A stretch of 64,000 nucleotides of DNA, taken from a virus. Taxonomy: Duplodnaviria; Caudoviricetes. Position 1 is the first letter of the stretch; every line of letters starts with the position of its first letter. A program made the translations under genes and the position numbers. Below the pieces are notes generated by a model. The model did no database searches and had not been told where the DNA came from. It worked only from the letters and a program-made list of their open reading frames with translations. The stretch covers positions 32,001 through 96,000 of the IMG/VR virus record IMGVR_UViG_3300033273_000282; one strand, 5' to 3'. This document shows positions 54,328 to 64,000 of this stretch, one piece after another.

Positions 54328-54754
54328 CGAGTTTATAGAGTGGTTTGAAGGTAACTACAACAACTGGAAGCAAGCGTCCAGTTGGCCGAGTCACTATGCT
54401 CACATTTTACTCAAACATGAACGAATTGATGATAATACGTTCTATTGTGAGCAAAAGTTCAAACACGACGGGCAAATCTACCGTAAGAAAGAGATCAAAC
54501 TAGAGTGGGTGGGTGATGAGATCATTGCCTGCAACCCAGTTTGTGACATTCATTTTCACAGAGTTCCTTCACCTGAAGGATGGGCATATGTTGGTAGAAA
54601 TATCAAGAGTCCATTTGTGAATGGTGGGTATCTTCGCAGTGAAGCCATCCTCCAATACAACAAATATATTGTTATTGACAGGGGTTACGATGAGAAGGGA
54701 AAGCAGGTATGGGGAAGTGAATATGGTCCATTCGTCTTTGATAAAAAGGTATAA
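54320..54754 (+). CDS. cpeT: T-type phycobiliprotein lyase (viral CpeT/CpcT)
   Basis: 'F.EWFEG.YNNWKQASSWP..YAHI.L.H', 'YR' and 'DRG.DE.G..VWGS..GPF.F'. Confidence 0.85.
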   Translation: MLDEFIEWFEGNYNNWKQASSWPSHYAHILLKHERIDDNTFYCEQKFKHDGQIYRKKEIKLEWVGDEIIACNPVCDIHFHRVPSPEGWAYVGRNIKSPFVNGGYLRSEAILQYNKYIVIDRGYDEKGKQVWGSEYGPFVFDKKV

Positions 54755-54757
54755 ATA
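54750..54757 (+). promoter_or_regulatory. T4 late promoter (TATAAATA)
   Basis: Perfect consensus upstream of the structural operon starting at 54786. Confidence 0.8.
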
Positions 54758-54785
54758 ACACAGAAGATCTTCATGTAGGGACAGC

Positions 54786-56546
54786 GTGGCAACTCGCAAA
54801 ATATCAGACCTAACCCTACTGACTGATGTTTCAAGCTCAGATACTCTGCTGCTGCTTGATAATTCAGATCCAGTAGATACTAATAAAAAGTCATTAGTTG
54901 GCTCAATCTTCAAAGCTGTACCTGGAGGCACTCAAAACGCCCCTGGTCTTTCCATTGAGCTGAAGACTGCTACTGGTGTCTATTCCGAAACCCAAGGATC
55001 CATTGGATTCTCTATGGGTGATGCGAAACTTCAACTTGAAAAGCAATCCACCTCACTGATTATCTCTGCTAGAGATAGTGCGGATGCTAACCTGGACCTT
55101 TCTTTCCAGGCTCTTGGTACTGGTACTATTAGATTCAACTCACCTATCGCCATTGACGATAGTGTGTTCCAGTTGCCTAATAGTTCTGACCAAACAAAAG
55201 TTGTTAAGTTCTCTGCTGCTCAGATTCCTACTGGAGTAACTAGAACCTTTGTTCTTCCTGATCCTGGTGCTACTGACACTATTGTCACACTCACCACGAC
55301 TCAGACACTTACCAACAAAACCCTGACTTCGCCTATTATTACAGGCAGTCTTCAGGGTGAGAGCCTAACCCTCACTGGTAATCTTCAGGTAGATAACAAC
55401 ACAACCCTTGGTTCTTCTCCTGTTGATACTCTGGCTGTTACTGCTACATCTACATTTAACAGTAACACAACTTTCAACCAAGTGATGACTGTGAACGCAG
55501 TCTCCACTCACGCTGAGAATATCAGATTCAACGTCAATAGTGATACACAATTATATAAATCTCTTGAGTGGTTTGACGCAGCACAAGCAACTAACGCAGG
55601 TAAAGTAGTTCTTGATGCTCAGGTACAGTCTAGTGAAGCAACTCGCTACGCTGACTTTACCTACTATGATAGAGACACAGACTATACTTCCACAGATACA
55701 TCTTACGGACTGAGAATTGCCAGCATTGGCTATACTCTCCCCCAGGCAACTGTCGTACTTAATGGTGACGCAGTTGATAGTTTTGTTATTAACGATCCTG
55801 GATCTGGTCTGTTGGGAACAGTAACCGCTACTATTTCAGGTGATGGAACTAACGCCCAGGTTACACCAGTTATTATCAACGGTCAACTCAGCAGCATCAC
55901 AGTTGATGCTGGCGGCGCTAACTACACTACTGCTACTATTAGTTTCAGTGCTAGCGGTGGTGCTCTTGAGTATCGTACTTATGACTACACTGGTACCGCA
56001 GAATCTAAGCATACTCTTATTCACACTGGTAACCTAGAACTGATCAGTCAGATTGGCTCTATTACTAATCTGGTTACTACTGGTGATGTCAACTTTGACG
56101 GGGGTACATTCCGACTCGATTCTGCTAACAATCGTATTGGTATTAACCGTGCTCCTGCTGCTTACGACCTTGAAGTTGCTGGAGATATATACTTTGAGGG
56201 TACAAGCCTCATTGGTGGTGACAACACAAGTTTCGTCATTAAGAAGAGACTTCAGTCGATTCCTCTCACCTTCGCTGACTATTCTGGCGCAACCGAGATG
56301 ATCATCGATACCAGCGGAGACGTTGGTATTGGTAAGCTTCCAACTGCTAAACTCGACGTTGCTGGTAGTGCTGCGATTCAAGGTGATCTGTCAGTTAATG
56401 AAACTGATCCAGTTAATAAACTTGGTGGCGGTATTACCGCTAAGAGAATTAACCTGATTGACCTCAACAATCAGACTCAAACTATTACATCGGAACAGAT
56501 TGCTGCTTCTAGCAGACTCAAGACCTACTTCCACGCATATTCTTAA
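54786..56546 (+). CDS. Virion structural / fibre-like protein
   Basis: N-terminal 'MATRKISDLTLLT' virion motif, 'RIGIN..P...L.V.G' fibre repeats and a Gly-rich beta module. Confidence 0.7.
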   Translation: MATRKISDLTLLTDVSSSDTLLLLDNSDPVDTNKKSLVGSIFKAVPGGTQNAPGLSIELKTATGVYSETQGSIGFSMGDAKLQLEKQSTSLIISARDSADANLDLSFQALGTGTIRFNSPIAIDDSVFQLPNSSDQTKVVKFSAAQIPTGVTRTFVLPDPGATDTIVTLTTTQTLTNKTLTSPIITGSLQGESLTLTGNLQVDNNTTLGSSPVDTLAVTATSTFNSNTTFNQVMTVNAVSTHAENIRFNVNSDTQLYKSLEWFDAAQATNAGKVVLDAQVQSSEATRYADFTYYDRDTDYTSTDTSYGLRIASIGYTLPQATVVLNGDAVDSFVINDPGSGLLGTVTATISGDGTNAQVTPVIINGQLSSITVDAGGANYTTATISFSASGGALEYRTYDYTGTAESKHTLIHTGNLELISQIGSITNLVTTGDVNFDGGTFRLDSANNRIGINRAPAAYDLEVAGDIYFEGTSLIGGDNTSFVIKKRLQSIPLTFADYSGATEMIIDTSGDVGIGKLPTAKLDVAGSAAIQGDLSVNETDPVNKLGGGITAKRINLIDLNNQTQTITSEQIAASSRLKTYFHAYS

Positions 56547-56552
56547 TTACTC

Positions 56553-57560
56553 ATGGCAAACGGAGTTCTCGCTAGTTTCCACTCAGCGACATCAAAATAC
56601 GCAAACCAATTTCTAGATAGGGCGGTAAGTCCTAATGGATTGGTTCGTGCGGATTTCCCTATGTACACCTGCCCTGGTGCTAGAATTGCTAGTGGCTCGT
56701 TGAGAATCATGAACACCACTGGTGCTAGTCTAACCGTAGATGTGGGTATTCAGGATTACAGTGATGCGATTCAGTTTGCTGCTCCTGCTTCGCAGGTCCC
56801 TGTAGTTAGTAACTTTGAAGCGTTTAGTTTCCCTGTCGGTACATACACCACCAGTTCCTACATTGTCATCAACGCACATAACGGAACTGCTTTCCAAGAT
56901 GGTGAGACAGTAACGATTACTGAACCTTCCTCTACTCTCACTGGTACACAAACTGCTGTAGTTTGTAAGTGGGATCAATCCAACCTTAAGATTTGGCTCA
57001 AGGACTTCGTTGGTAACTGGCCAACAACAGTTCTTGCTAACATGACCGTAACTGGTGATAACTCTGGTGCTACTGGTACTATTACTGATAGTGCTGTAGG
57101 TACATGGGGTCGTGTTATTTACTATGATTTCAACACTGGTACTCTGCTGCTCCAGAATAGCACCCTGAAGAATAATATCTTCAACACTGCTGCTACATAC
57201 GGTGATCAAAACACCATGTATGTGTCTGCTATTGGTGGTGCTGGTCAGCTCAGTGTACAATCTCGTGCTATTGAATGGCTCCCATCTTTGTCAACGGTAA
57301 CCCTCTACAATTCTGCCAACCTTAACGGTACGGCAGTAACTGCTGAGTGGGTATCTGAAAACCTTGCTGAAGTTGTTGTAGCATCAGTAAGTTACTCCGA
57401 GTCTGCTAATCAGATTCTAAAATCATACACCGTTCCTAACGGTTCTGAAGTGAGTTTGACTGGTCTGGTACTTGAACAGTATCAGAATCTCTACGTCAAT
57501 GCGTCTTCTGGCGCAGTGTTTAATTTCATTGGCTTTGAAGAAGCAACCTCTATTTACTAA
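56553..57560 (+). CDS. Virion structural protein
   Basis: 'MANGVLAS', ending 'FNFIGFEE'; in the late operon. Confidence 0.65.
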   Translation: MANGVLASFHSATSKYANQFLDRAVSPNGLVRADFPMYTCPGARIASGSLRIMNTTGASLTVDVGIQDYSDAIQFAAPASQVPVVSNFEAFSFPVGTYTTSSYIVINAHNGTAFQDGETVTITEPSSTLTGTQTAVVCKWDQSNLKIWLKDFVGNWPTTVLANMTVTGDNSGATGTITDSAVGTWGRVIYYDFNTGTLLLQNSTLKNNIFNTAATYGDQNTMYVSAIGGAGQLSVQSRAIEWLPSLSTVTLYNSANLNGTAVTAEWVSENLAEVVVASVSYSESANQILKSYTVPNGSEVSLTGLVLEQYQNLYVNASSGAVFNFIGFEEATSIY

Positions 57561-57570
57561 TATAATCTAG

Positions 57571-60500
57571 ATGGCACTTACTAGACTCAAGAACGTTTTC
57601 ACATCGAAGACGGGACGTTGTTTGTATGTCAACCCAGACGACTTCGACGCATCGGATTCGTTTGAGAATAGGGGTAACTCGCCCAATCGTCCGTTCAAAA
57701 CGATTCAGAGGGCGCTGCTTGAGTCAGCCAGATTCTCCTACAGAACTGGTCAGTTTAACGATGCGTTTGAAGCATTTACCATCGTACTGTATCCTTCTGA
57801 GTATGTAATCGATAACCGTCCTGGTCAGAATACTGCTGGACAGGCTTTCATCGATGATGATATTCCTATCCTGAACAGTAGTTCTAACCTGGAACTACAG
57901 AACTCTGACGGTACACCTAACCCTAATAACCTGCTGTATAGGTTTAACTCTACTGAGGGTGGTGTTATCGTACCCAGAGGTACATCTCTGGTTGGTATGG
58001 ATCTTAGAAAGACTAAGATTCGTCCTTTGTATGTTCCCGATCCTGCCTCTGGTAGTATCGAACGTGCTGCTATCTTCCGTGTAACTGGTGGTTGCTACTT
58101 CTGGCAGTTCTCCTTCTTTGATGGTCCTCCTGCTGGTGTCTATAAAGACCCTGCTCAGCCATCTGCTAGTTCCCCACCATCATTCTCCCACCACAAACTC
58201 ACTTGCTTTGAGTATGCTGATGGTAGAAATGTTCAGAGTTCCAAAAACGATACCACTGGTAACCCTCTGACAATTACTGACCTTGACCTGTATTATCAGA
58301 AGGTCGCTAAGGCTTTTGATGATATTCCTGACACCACTGGTGTTATCTCTGCTGACGAGTTCCAGAAGAGAGTTGAAGAAAACAGAATTGTTGGTCCTAA
58401 CACCTCAGGTCCGATCACAATTTCCAGTATTGTTACTGACTTTGTGAACCAGGGTGTTTATACCACAACCGCTGAGGTTACAACTACAACTCCTCACGGA
58501 TTCTCAAATGGTACGCCTGTACAAATCGAAGGTGTATCTGGTGCTGTCGCTGATAGATTCAATGGATCTTACTTTATTACAGAAGTTCCCACAACAACGA
58601 CATTTAGATATGTCATTAAGGATCCAAATGCTGCGGCTCCTGCTAATAACCCTGTTGCCACTGGATCTACTGTTAAAGTTGAAATCGATAACGTAGATTC
58701 TGCTTCTCCATACATCTTCAACATCTCGTTGAGATCTACATGGGGTACCTGTGGTATGCATGCTGACGGTGCTAAATCGACTGGTTTCAAGTCGATGGTT
58801 GTGGCACAGTTCACGGGTGTTTCTCTCCAGAAGGACGACAACGCATTTATTAAGTGGGATGGATCAGCATATATTGCTGGTAATCACACAGATGGTGACT
58901 CTATCTATAAGCCAACCTATAGAAATTTCCACGTTAAATGTTCTAATGACGCCGTTATTCAGGCGGTGTCTGTGTTCGCTGTGGGTTTTGCGGATCACTT
59001 CGTTGCTCTCAACGGTGGTGACCAATCTATCACCAACTCGAACTCTAACTTCGGTTCTTGTGCTCTGAGAGCAAAAGGATTTAAGACTCTGCCATTTACT
59101 CAGGATAAAGCAGGTACAGTCACCCACATTATCCCACCGAAGAAACTCTCAAGATCATATGATCTGATCAACAACTATACCTGGACACTCACCCAGAACA
59201 ACAGAACTGTAACTCCAACCCCACTGAATAATAATCATGGGTTGGAAGTTAATCAGTATATTCGTGTAGGTGCTATTGATGCTACCGAATCTTATCAGAT
59301 TGAGACAGTCAACACTGATGGCTCACTGATACTGAATCGTGGTTATCGTGGTACTAGTGGTAGTGGTCAGAGTGTATATGCTGGTAGTATTGATGAGATC
59401 GCTGTTGGTTACATTGCTCTTGATGTACAGAAGATCAAGAATAATTCTTCCCAACAAAACCAGACTTGGACATCTTCTACTAACTTTGCTGCTGGTAGTT
59501 CCTGTATCTACAACGGCAACTCATACTATACTGCTGCTGGTGGTACAACTGGTGCTATTCCTCCCACATGGACAACAACACCATTCGCAAGATCTGATGG
59601 TGGTGTAACATGGTCCTACATTGGTGCGGTCAATACTAGACTGTACATTTATGGATATAATAGTGAAGCAACCAAGCCACCATATAAACTTCAGGGTTTC
59701 AACCTTGGTGCTAGAATCAATGAAGTTCTATATGTTTCGCTGATTGATTCCAGCGGTGGTAGTTCTGTTCCAAAAACATATAGTGCTGCTCTGACTCCAA
59801 CTGGTAGCGCTACAGTCGCTGATGATGACTTCACCAGCATTACTACACAGGCTTTTGTACCTGGAGATCCAGAACATCCCCTTCAGTTTGACACTGAACT
59901 GAGTACATGGTATATTAGAGTTACTGCTGCTACTTCTAGCAACAGTACAACTGGTATCCACTATCATCTTGGTCAGGACACTTTCTATACCAACTCTTTG
60001 TTCACTGGTGCTTCGTTCCTGAAGCGTATTGCTGACAACAGATCTTCTAGAGACAGAACATATCGTCTGCGTTATGTTGTTGACTCTTCGGTTCTTTCCA
60101 GAGATCCTATCAATGGTTACATTCTCCAACAGAGAAACGTACCATCTGGTCAAGGATACACTGGTGTGTACTACATCTATGACATTCAGAAGGTACAAGA
60201 ACTCAAGGCTGGTGCTCAGAATGGTATCTACTATCTGACTGTATTGGATGGTAGAATTACACCAACTGACCTCAACCTGACTGGATTCTCGTTCTCTCAG
60301 AACGTCAACAATCTCTATCCTACCTTAGATAAGGATAACCCAACTGAAGATCCAGCCGCTGCGGTATCATCTGCTTCTAATGTTGTTATTGGTCTTGTTA
60401 CTACCACTGATGGTGGTGGTAACGCTGACGATTCTAGATCCATCACCAAAGAGGTAATGGGTCGTTGGATTCTTGAGAGCAAGAACAACTATACTAACTT

Positions 60501-62100
60501 TAGTTCTGCTGATCCTGCTACAGCAAACTACATCACTCTTGAAGCAAGAGATGGTGATGCTGAGGAATTGGATCTGGCTCTCAGAATGATCCCCCTGAAC
60601 GGTTCAGGTGGTACTAATCTTGAACTTAGAAGACCATCGATCCTTAGATCTGGTAACCACACATTTGAATATGTTGGTTTCGGTCCTGGTAACTACTCTA
60701 CTGGTCTTCCTTCTGTACAAAATAGAGTTCTCACTGAAGAAGAAGTTCTTCTGGCTCAGTCACAGAAAGAAGAAGGAGGTATTGCTTTCTACTCTGGTCT
60801 GAACTCTAACGGTGACCTGTTCATTGGTAACACTAAGATTAGTTCGGTTACTGGTGAAGAAGAATCACTGGATACACCAGTTCTGAGTGTTGTTGGTGAA
60901 ACTGCTAACCTTCGTCCTACATTTGATGAAATCATCGTCAGGGACAAGATTACAGTTGAATCTAACACTCTGACCACTGAGTTCAAAGGTAAGTTGCTTG
61001 TTCAGAATGAATCTCTGATCAACAATAAACTTACCGTTGCTGACATCACGATCGGTATTACTGGTGAGTCTGCTAAGAACATTGACGTTATCTCTACTCA
61101 GCCAGGTGTATCATCTGCTAATGATGGTGACTGGAAACTGCTCGAACTGCCTGTTCGTGGTGAATATCAGGGTTGGTATTGGACTGGTGGTAACTGGACT
61201 AAGTTCGGTCTGAGTGATACTGGTAACCTCAAGATTACTGGTGGCTCGGGTAACTCTGACGCTACAGGTGATCTCCAGTTTAAGAATGGTTTAGGCATCG
61301 ACATTCAGTCTACTGGTACACTGAATGTCAACAGTGGTGCTACTACTCTTGGTGGTACACTTGCTGTTACTGGTAATGTTACTCTGACCGCTGACCTTGC
61401 TGTCAATGGTGGTGACATTACAACCAATCAGACCACATTTAATCTACTTGACACTACAGTTACCACACTGAGATTAGCACGCGCTGCTACATCTGTGACA
61501 ATCGGTGCTACATCTGGTACTACAACTATCAGAAATAACCTCAACATTAGTGGTGACCTTGATGTTCAGGGTAACCAGATTAAGGTTGGTGGTCAGCAGG
61601 TTCTGTCTGACAATGGCAGTGGTACTACCACACTCCAGAGAATTGATGCTCTGGATGCTACAACTGAGGCAACGATTGAAGCCGCTATCGATACTCTCGG
61701 TAACCTGACTTCTGCCTCATCTTTGAACACTGTTGGTACAATCTCCAGTGGTACATGGGCAGCAACGATCATCAATCGTGCCTATGGTGGTACTGGCATC
61801 AACACATCATCCTTGTCTAATGGTCAACTGCTCATTGGTTCTTCCTCTGGATTTGCCAAAGCAACACTGACACAGGGTAGTGGTATTACTATTACTAACG
61901 CTGCTAATAGTATTACTATTGCTAACGCTGGTGTCAGATCACTTGCTGTTAGCAACTCTGGTAGCAGTATCAGTCTTAACTCTAGCACTGGTGCTCTTAC
62001 ACTCACCATTGGATCTAGTTCTAATGCTTATGGTAACAGAACTATATCTACTTCCTCACCATCTGGCGGTAGCAATGGTGATGTCTGGTATAGATACTAA
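57571..62100 (+). CDS. Long tail fibre-like protein (1509 aa), paralogous scaffold to the giant fibre
   Basis: 'YVNPDD...D...NRGNSPNRPFKTIQRAL' beta-helix cap, fibre repeats, ends 'PSGGSNGDVWYRY'. Confidence 0.8.
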   Translation: MALTRLKNVFTSKTGRCLYVNPDDFDASDSFENRGNSPNRPFKTIQRALLESARFSYRTGQFNDAFEAFTIVLYPSEYVIDNRPGQNTAGQAFIDDDIPILNSSSNLELQNSDGTPNPNNLLYRFNSTEGGVIVPRGTSLVGMDLRKTKIRPLYVPDPASGSIERAAIFRVTGGCYFWQFSFFDGPPAGVYKDPAQPSASSPPSFSHHKLTCFEYADGRNVQSSKNDTTGNPLTITDLDLYYQKVAKAFDDIPDTTGVISADEFQKRVEENRIVGPNTSGPITISSIVTDFVNQGVYTTTAEVTTTTPHGFSNGTPVQIEGVSGAVADRFNGSYFITEVPTTTTFRYVIKDPNAAAPANNPVATGSTVKVEIDNVDSASPYIFNISLRSTWGTCGMHADGAKSTGFKSMVVAQFTGVSLQKDDNAFIKWDGSAYIAGNHTDGDSIYKPTYRNFHVKCSNDAVIQAVSVFAVGFADHFVALNGGDQSITNSNSNFGSCALRAKGFKTLPFTQDKAGTVTHIIPPKKLSRSYDLINNYTWTLTQNNRTVTPTPLNNNHGLEVNQYIRVGAIDATESYQIETVNTDGSLILNRGYRGTSGSGQSVYAGSIDEIAVGYIALDVQKIKNNSSQQNQTWTSSTNFAAGSSCIYNGNSYYTAAGGTTGAIPPTWTTTPFARSDGGVTWSYIGAVNTRLYIYGYNSEATKPPYKLQGFNLGARINEVLYVSLIDSSGGSSVPKTYSAALTPTGSATVADDDFTSITTQAFVPGDPEHPLQFDTELSTWYIRVTAATSSNSTTGIHYHLGQDTFYTNSLFTGASFLKRIADNRSSRDRTYRLRYVVDSSVLSRDPINGYILQQRNVPSGQGYTGVYYIYDIQKVQELKAGAQNGIYYLTVLDGRITPTDLNLTGFSFSQNVNNLYPTLDKDNPTEDPAAAVSSASNVVIGLVTTTDGGGNADDSRSITKEVMGRWILESKNNYTNFSSADPATANYITLEARDGDAEELDLALRMIPLNGSGGTNLELRRPSILRSGNHTFEYVGFGPGNYSTGLPSVQNRVLTEEEVLLAQSQKEEGGIAFYSGLNSNGDLFIGNTKISSVTGEEESLDTPVLSVVGETANLRPTFDEIIVRDKITVESNTLTTEFKGKLLVQNESLINNKLTVADITIGITGESAKNIDVISTQPGVSSANDGDWKLLELPVRGEYQGWYWTGGNWTKFGLSDTGNLKITGGSGNSDATGDLQFKNGLGIDIQSTGTLNVNSGATTLGGTLAVTGNVTLTADLAVNGGDITTNQTTFNLLDTTVTTLRLARAATSVTIGATSGTTTIRNNLNISGDLDVQGNQIKVGGQQVLSDNGSGTTTLQRIDALDATTEATIEAAIDTLGNLTSASSLNTVGTISSGTWAATIINRAYGGTGINTSSLSNGQLLIGSSSGFAKATLTQGSGITITNAANSITIANAGVRSLAVSNSGSSISLNSSTGALTLTIGSSSNAYGNRTISTSSPSGGSNGDVWYRY

Positions 62101-62116
62101 TAGGTTGAATTAAATC

Positions 62117-63040
62117 ATGTCGATTCCATATGATGCCGCTGCTGCGGCATACTTAAGTAGAGGATTCCATGCTAACGTTAAGAGCGGTGGTTCTTGGCGT
62201 TACGTTGATAAATTATCTGTGCGTTCTGGTGGATCCTGGCGCACAGTTAAACAGGCTTATGTTAAATCTGGTGGGACCTGGCGAAAGTTTTATGATCAGG
62301 AGAATGTATTTACTTTTACTGTAAGTACAGGCGGTGGTACTCAAACCGATGGATTCAACCTTGGTACCTGGCTCACAACCAGTAACTATGTCTCACCTAC
62401 ACTAGGTAGAACATATAATAGTGGTGACAGAATCCGTGGATTGATTACAGTCAATGGCAAGCGTGGTGGCAATCCTGGTATCTACATTGGAGCATATCCA
62501 GCTGGATCTGCTGTTTATATCAGAGTTAATTCTAGTGCTAGAGTGGCAGGATTCGGTGGCAATGGTGGTAATGTAAATAACTCTGGTCAGACTGGTGGCA
62601 CTGCTCTATACACTCGCACAGGTGTATGGATAGAGAACAACGGTCAAGTCTGGGGTGGCGGCGGTGGTGGTCGCGGTGGTAATAATGGTCAGTGCGTTGG
62701 TACTTACTACTACAATTACAACTGCGGTAAGAACTGCTATCGTCAAGGTTCAGGCAATAACTATAACTCTGCCCAAGGTGGCGGAGGTGGCGGTGGCGGT
62801 GGTATTCCTGCTGGAAATGCTGGTAACCGTGCTTCTGCTGGTAGTTACAATTCTGGTGGAAATGGTGGCGGTGGATCAGGATGTGGATCCAATGGTGGTG
62901 GTCGCGGTGGTGACCCAGGAGCCGCAGGATCTGGTGGTAACAGAGGATCAAATGGCAATAGTGGATTCTATGTTGATGGTAACAGCTACATATATTCGTG
63001 GATCGCAACTGGAGACCGTAGAGGTAGGACAACTAACTAA
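62117..63040 (+). CDS. gp38-like polyglycine tail-fibre adhesin
   Basis: Trp-containing N-terminal repeats, 'VAGFGGNGG', 'GGTAL....V.IENNGQVWGGGGGG', multiple Gly runs, C-terminal 'W...G...G'. Confidence 0.7.
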   Translation: MSIPYDAAAAAYLSRGFHANVKSGGSWRYVDKLSVRSGGSWRTVKQAYVKSGGTWRKFYDQENVFTFTVSTGGGTQTDGFNLGTWLTTSNYVSPTLGRTYNSGDRIRGLITVNGKRGGNPGIYIGAYPAGSAVYIRVNSSARVAGFGGNGGNVNNSGQTGGTALYTRTGVWIENNGQVWGGGGGGRGGNNGQCVGTYYYNYNCGKNCYRQGSGNNYNSAQGGGGGGGGGIPAGNAGNRASAGSYNSGGNGGGGSGCGSNGGGRGGDPGAAGSGGNRGSNGNSGFYVDGNSYIYSWIATGDRRGRTTN

Positions 63041-63516
63041 TGGCACAATCAGAAGTAAAACAAGAAGCTCAGTTCAAAGTTTATGGAGCTGACTGTGTAA
63101 AGTTCACCGTCGATCGTGTTGACAGTGAAACTGGCAGAGTATATGTCACAATGAAATGTGATGAACTGAAAGAAGAAAGTTATGCGATGGAGGTAGACGC
63201 CTGCTCATTCAATGATGATGAGCCCGTTCGTCTCCAACTCGCTAATGATGTATTCAACTATGTAAAACAGTTGAAGGATCAAGAAAGAGATTTAACTCAG
63301 ACATTGAATGGTTTCAACAATCTGAGAGGACAAGAACAAACAGTAACTGCTAGTGAACTTGAAGTACACCAGTGCGAGATGCATAAACTTCAAGCCAATC
63401 ATTTTGATCCACTCTTGACACAAACGCAGATTACTACCATCTTCCACGAAGATGATTTTGATTTCCAATTTGAACAACTTCAGCAACAACTTGCTGAGAT
63501 GGATGAAGCAGAGTAA
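63040..63516 (+). CDS. Hypothetical protein (possible fibre chaperone)
   Basis: 158 aa, TAATG-coupled to the adhesin gene. Confidence 0.6.
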   Translation: MAQSEVKQEAQFKVYGADCVKFTVDRVDSETGRVYVTMKCDELKEESYAMEVDACSFNDDEPVRLQLANDVFNYVKQLKDQERDLTQTLNGFNNLRGQEQTVTASELEVHQCEMHKLQANHFDPLLTQTQITTIFHEDDFDFQFEQLQQQLAEMDEAE

Positions 63517-64000
63517 TGTACGATCTTTCCGAAACACAGAGCTACCAAATCGCACAGTATGGATTTGGTAAGGTAATTGAACAGCACGGATTTTCGGTGC
63601 TGAGTTGTGAGAACGCTCGACTTCATAAAAAGATTTTCGGGCATGATCCTGACATACAACAAATCCAACCAGACTTCGATGTCTTGACTGACTGGATTGA
63701 GAAGAATCCAGACGGTAAGGTGGCTGCTGATGAGGAAGTCATGCGGAAGTATTATCATGAAAACCACAGAATGACTGTCCACCACAGGTCACTGGTCTTT
63801 ACAAGTGAGTGGAGATCTGATAGTATTAACGTGCCGTGGTATAGTATTATCTACAAGAAAGGTGCTAGCACTCACATCAAACTTCCTGGTGTAACTCGTC
63901 TAATTTCACAAGAAGCAGGCGGTTCTAGTTTTTGTGCTGGTCCTGATGACTTTACTCAATATGAACGATTTGTACACAAATATGAGACTAATGGTAAGTT
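63516..64000 (+). CDS. Hypothetical protein, 3'-truncated by the window edge
   Basis: Open frame from ATG 63516 (MYDLSETQSYQIAQYGFGK..) to the window end. Confidence 0.6.
   Translation, partial: MYDLSETQSYQIAQYGFGKVIEQHGFSVLSCENARLHKKIFGHDPDIQQIQPDFDVLTDWIEKNPDGKVAADEEVMRKYYHENHRMTVHHRSLVFTSEWRSDSINVPWYSIIYKKGASTHIKLPGVTRLISQEAGGSSFCAGPDDFTQYERFVHKYETNGK

Noticed and set aside
57555-57566. Late promoter before the 1509-aa fibre (similarly at 62097)
   Set aside because: The sequences read CTAATATA and CTAATAGG, not the TAAATA core.

Overview
A 64-kb segment of a large T4-like marine cyanophage (cyanomyovirus, probably infecting Synechococcus), almost entirely coding. In order, it contains: (i) virion/tail-fibre genes including an 11.4-kb giant fibre gene (3787 aa); (ii) an island with four 2OG-Fe(II) oxygenase-like genes; (iii) neck and packaging genes gp13-gp14-gp15-gp16; (iv) an auxiliary metabolic gene block, petE-ptox-gnd-ndhP-zwf-psbD-cp12; (v) glutaredoxin, thyX, phoH, a PD-(D/E)XK exonuclease, gp33, gp59, gp32 and talC; (vi) baseplate genes gp53, gp48, gp2, gp4, gp54-like, gp26/gp51, a tape-measure-like protein with lysozyme and M23 domains, gp27-like and a split gp5; (vii) an early-type accessory region with an acyl carrier protein, AbrB-like proteins, DUF4385, two more 2OG oxygenases, tRNA-Thr(UGU) and cpeT; (viii) a second fibre cluster ending in a gp38-like adhesin. 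The most notable observations are: nested (matryoshka-like) domain insertions in the giant fibre; a probable -1 programmed frameshift joining gp26 and gp51; a 43-aa ndhP missed by the ORF track; a gene-order jump that skips gp17 through psbA; a phage ACP; and several non-coding palindromes or overlapping promoters. All calls come from motif recognition by eye, with no database searches.
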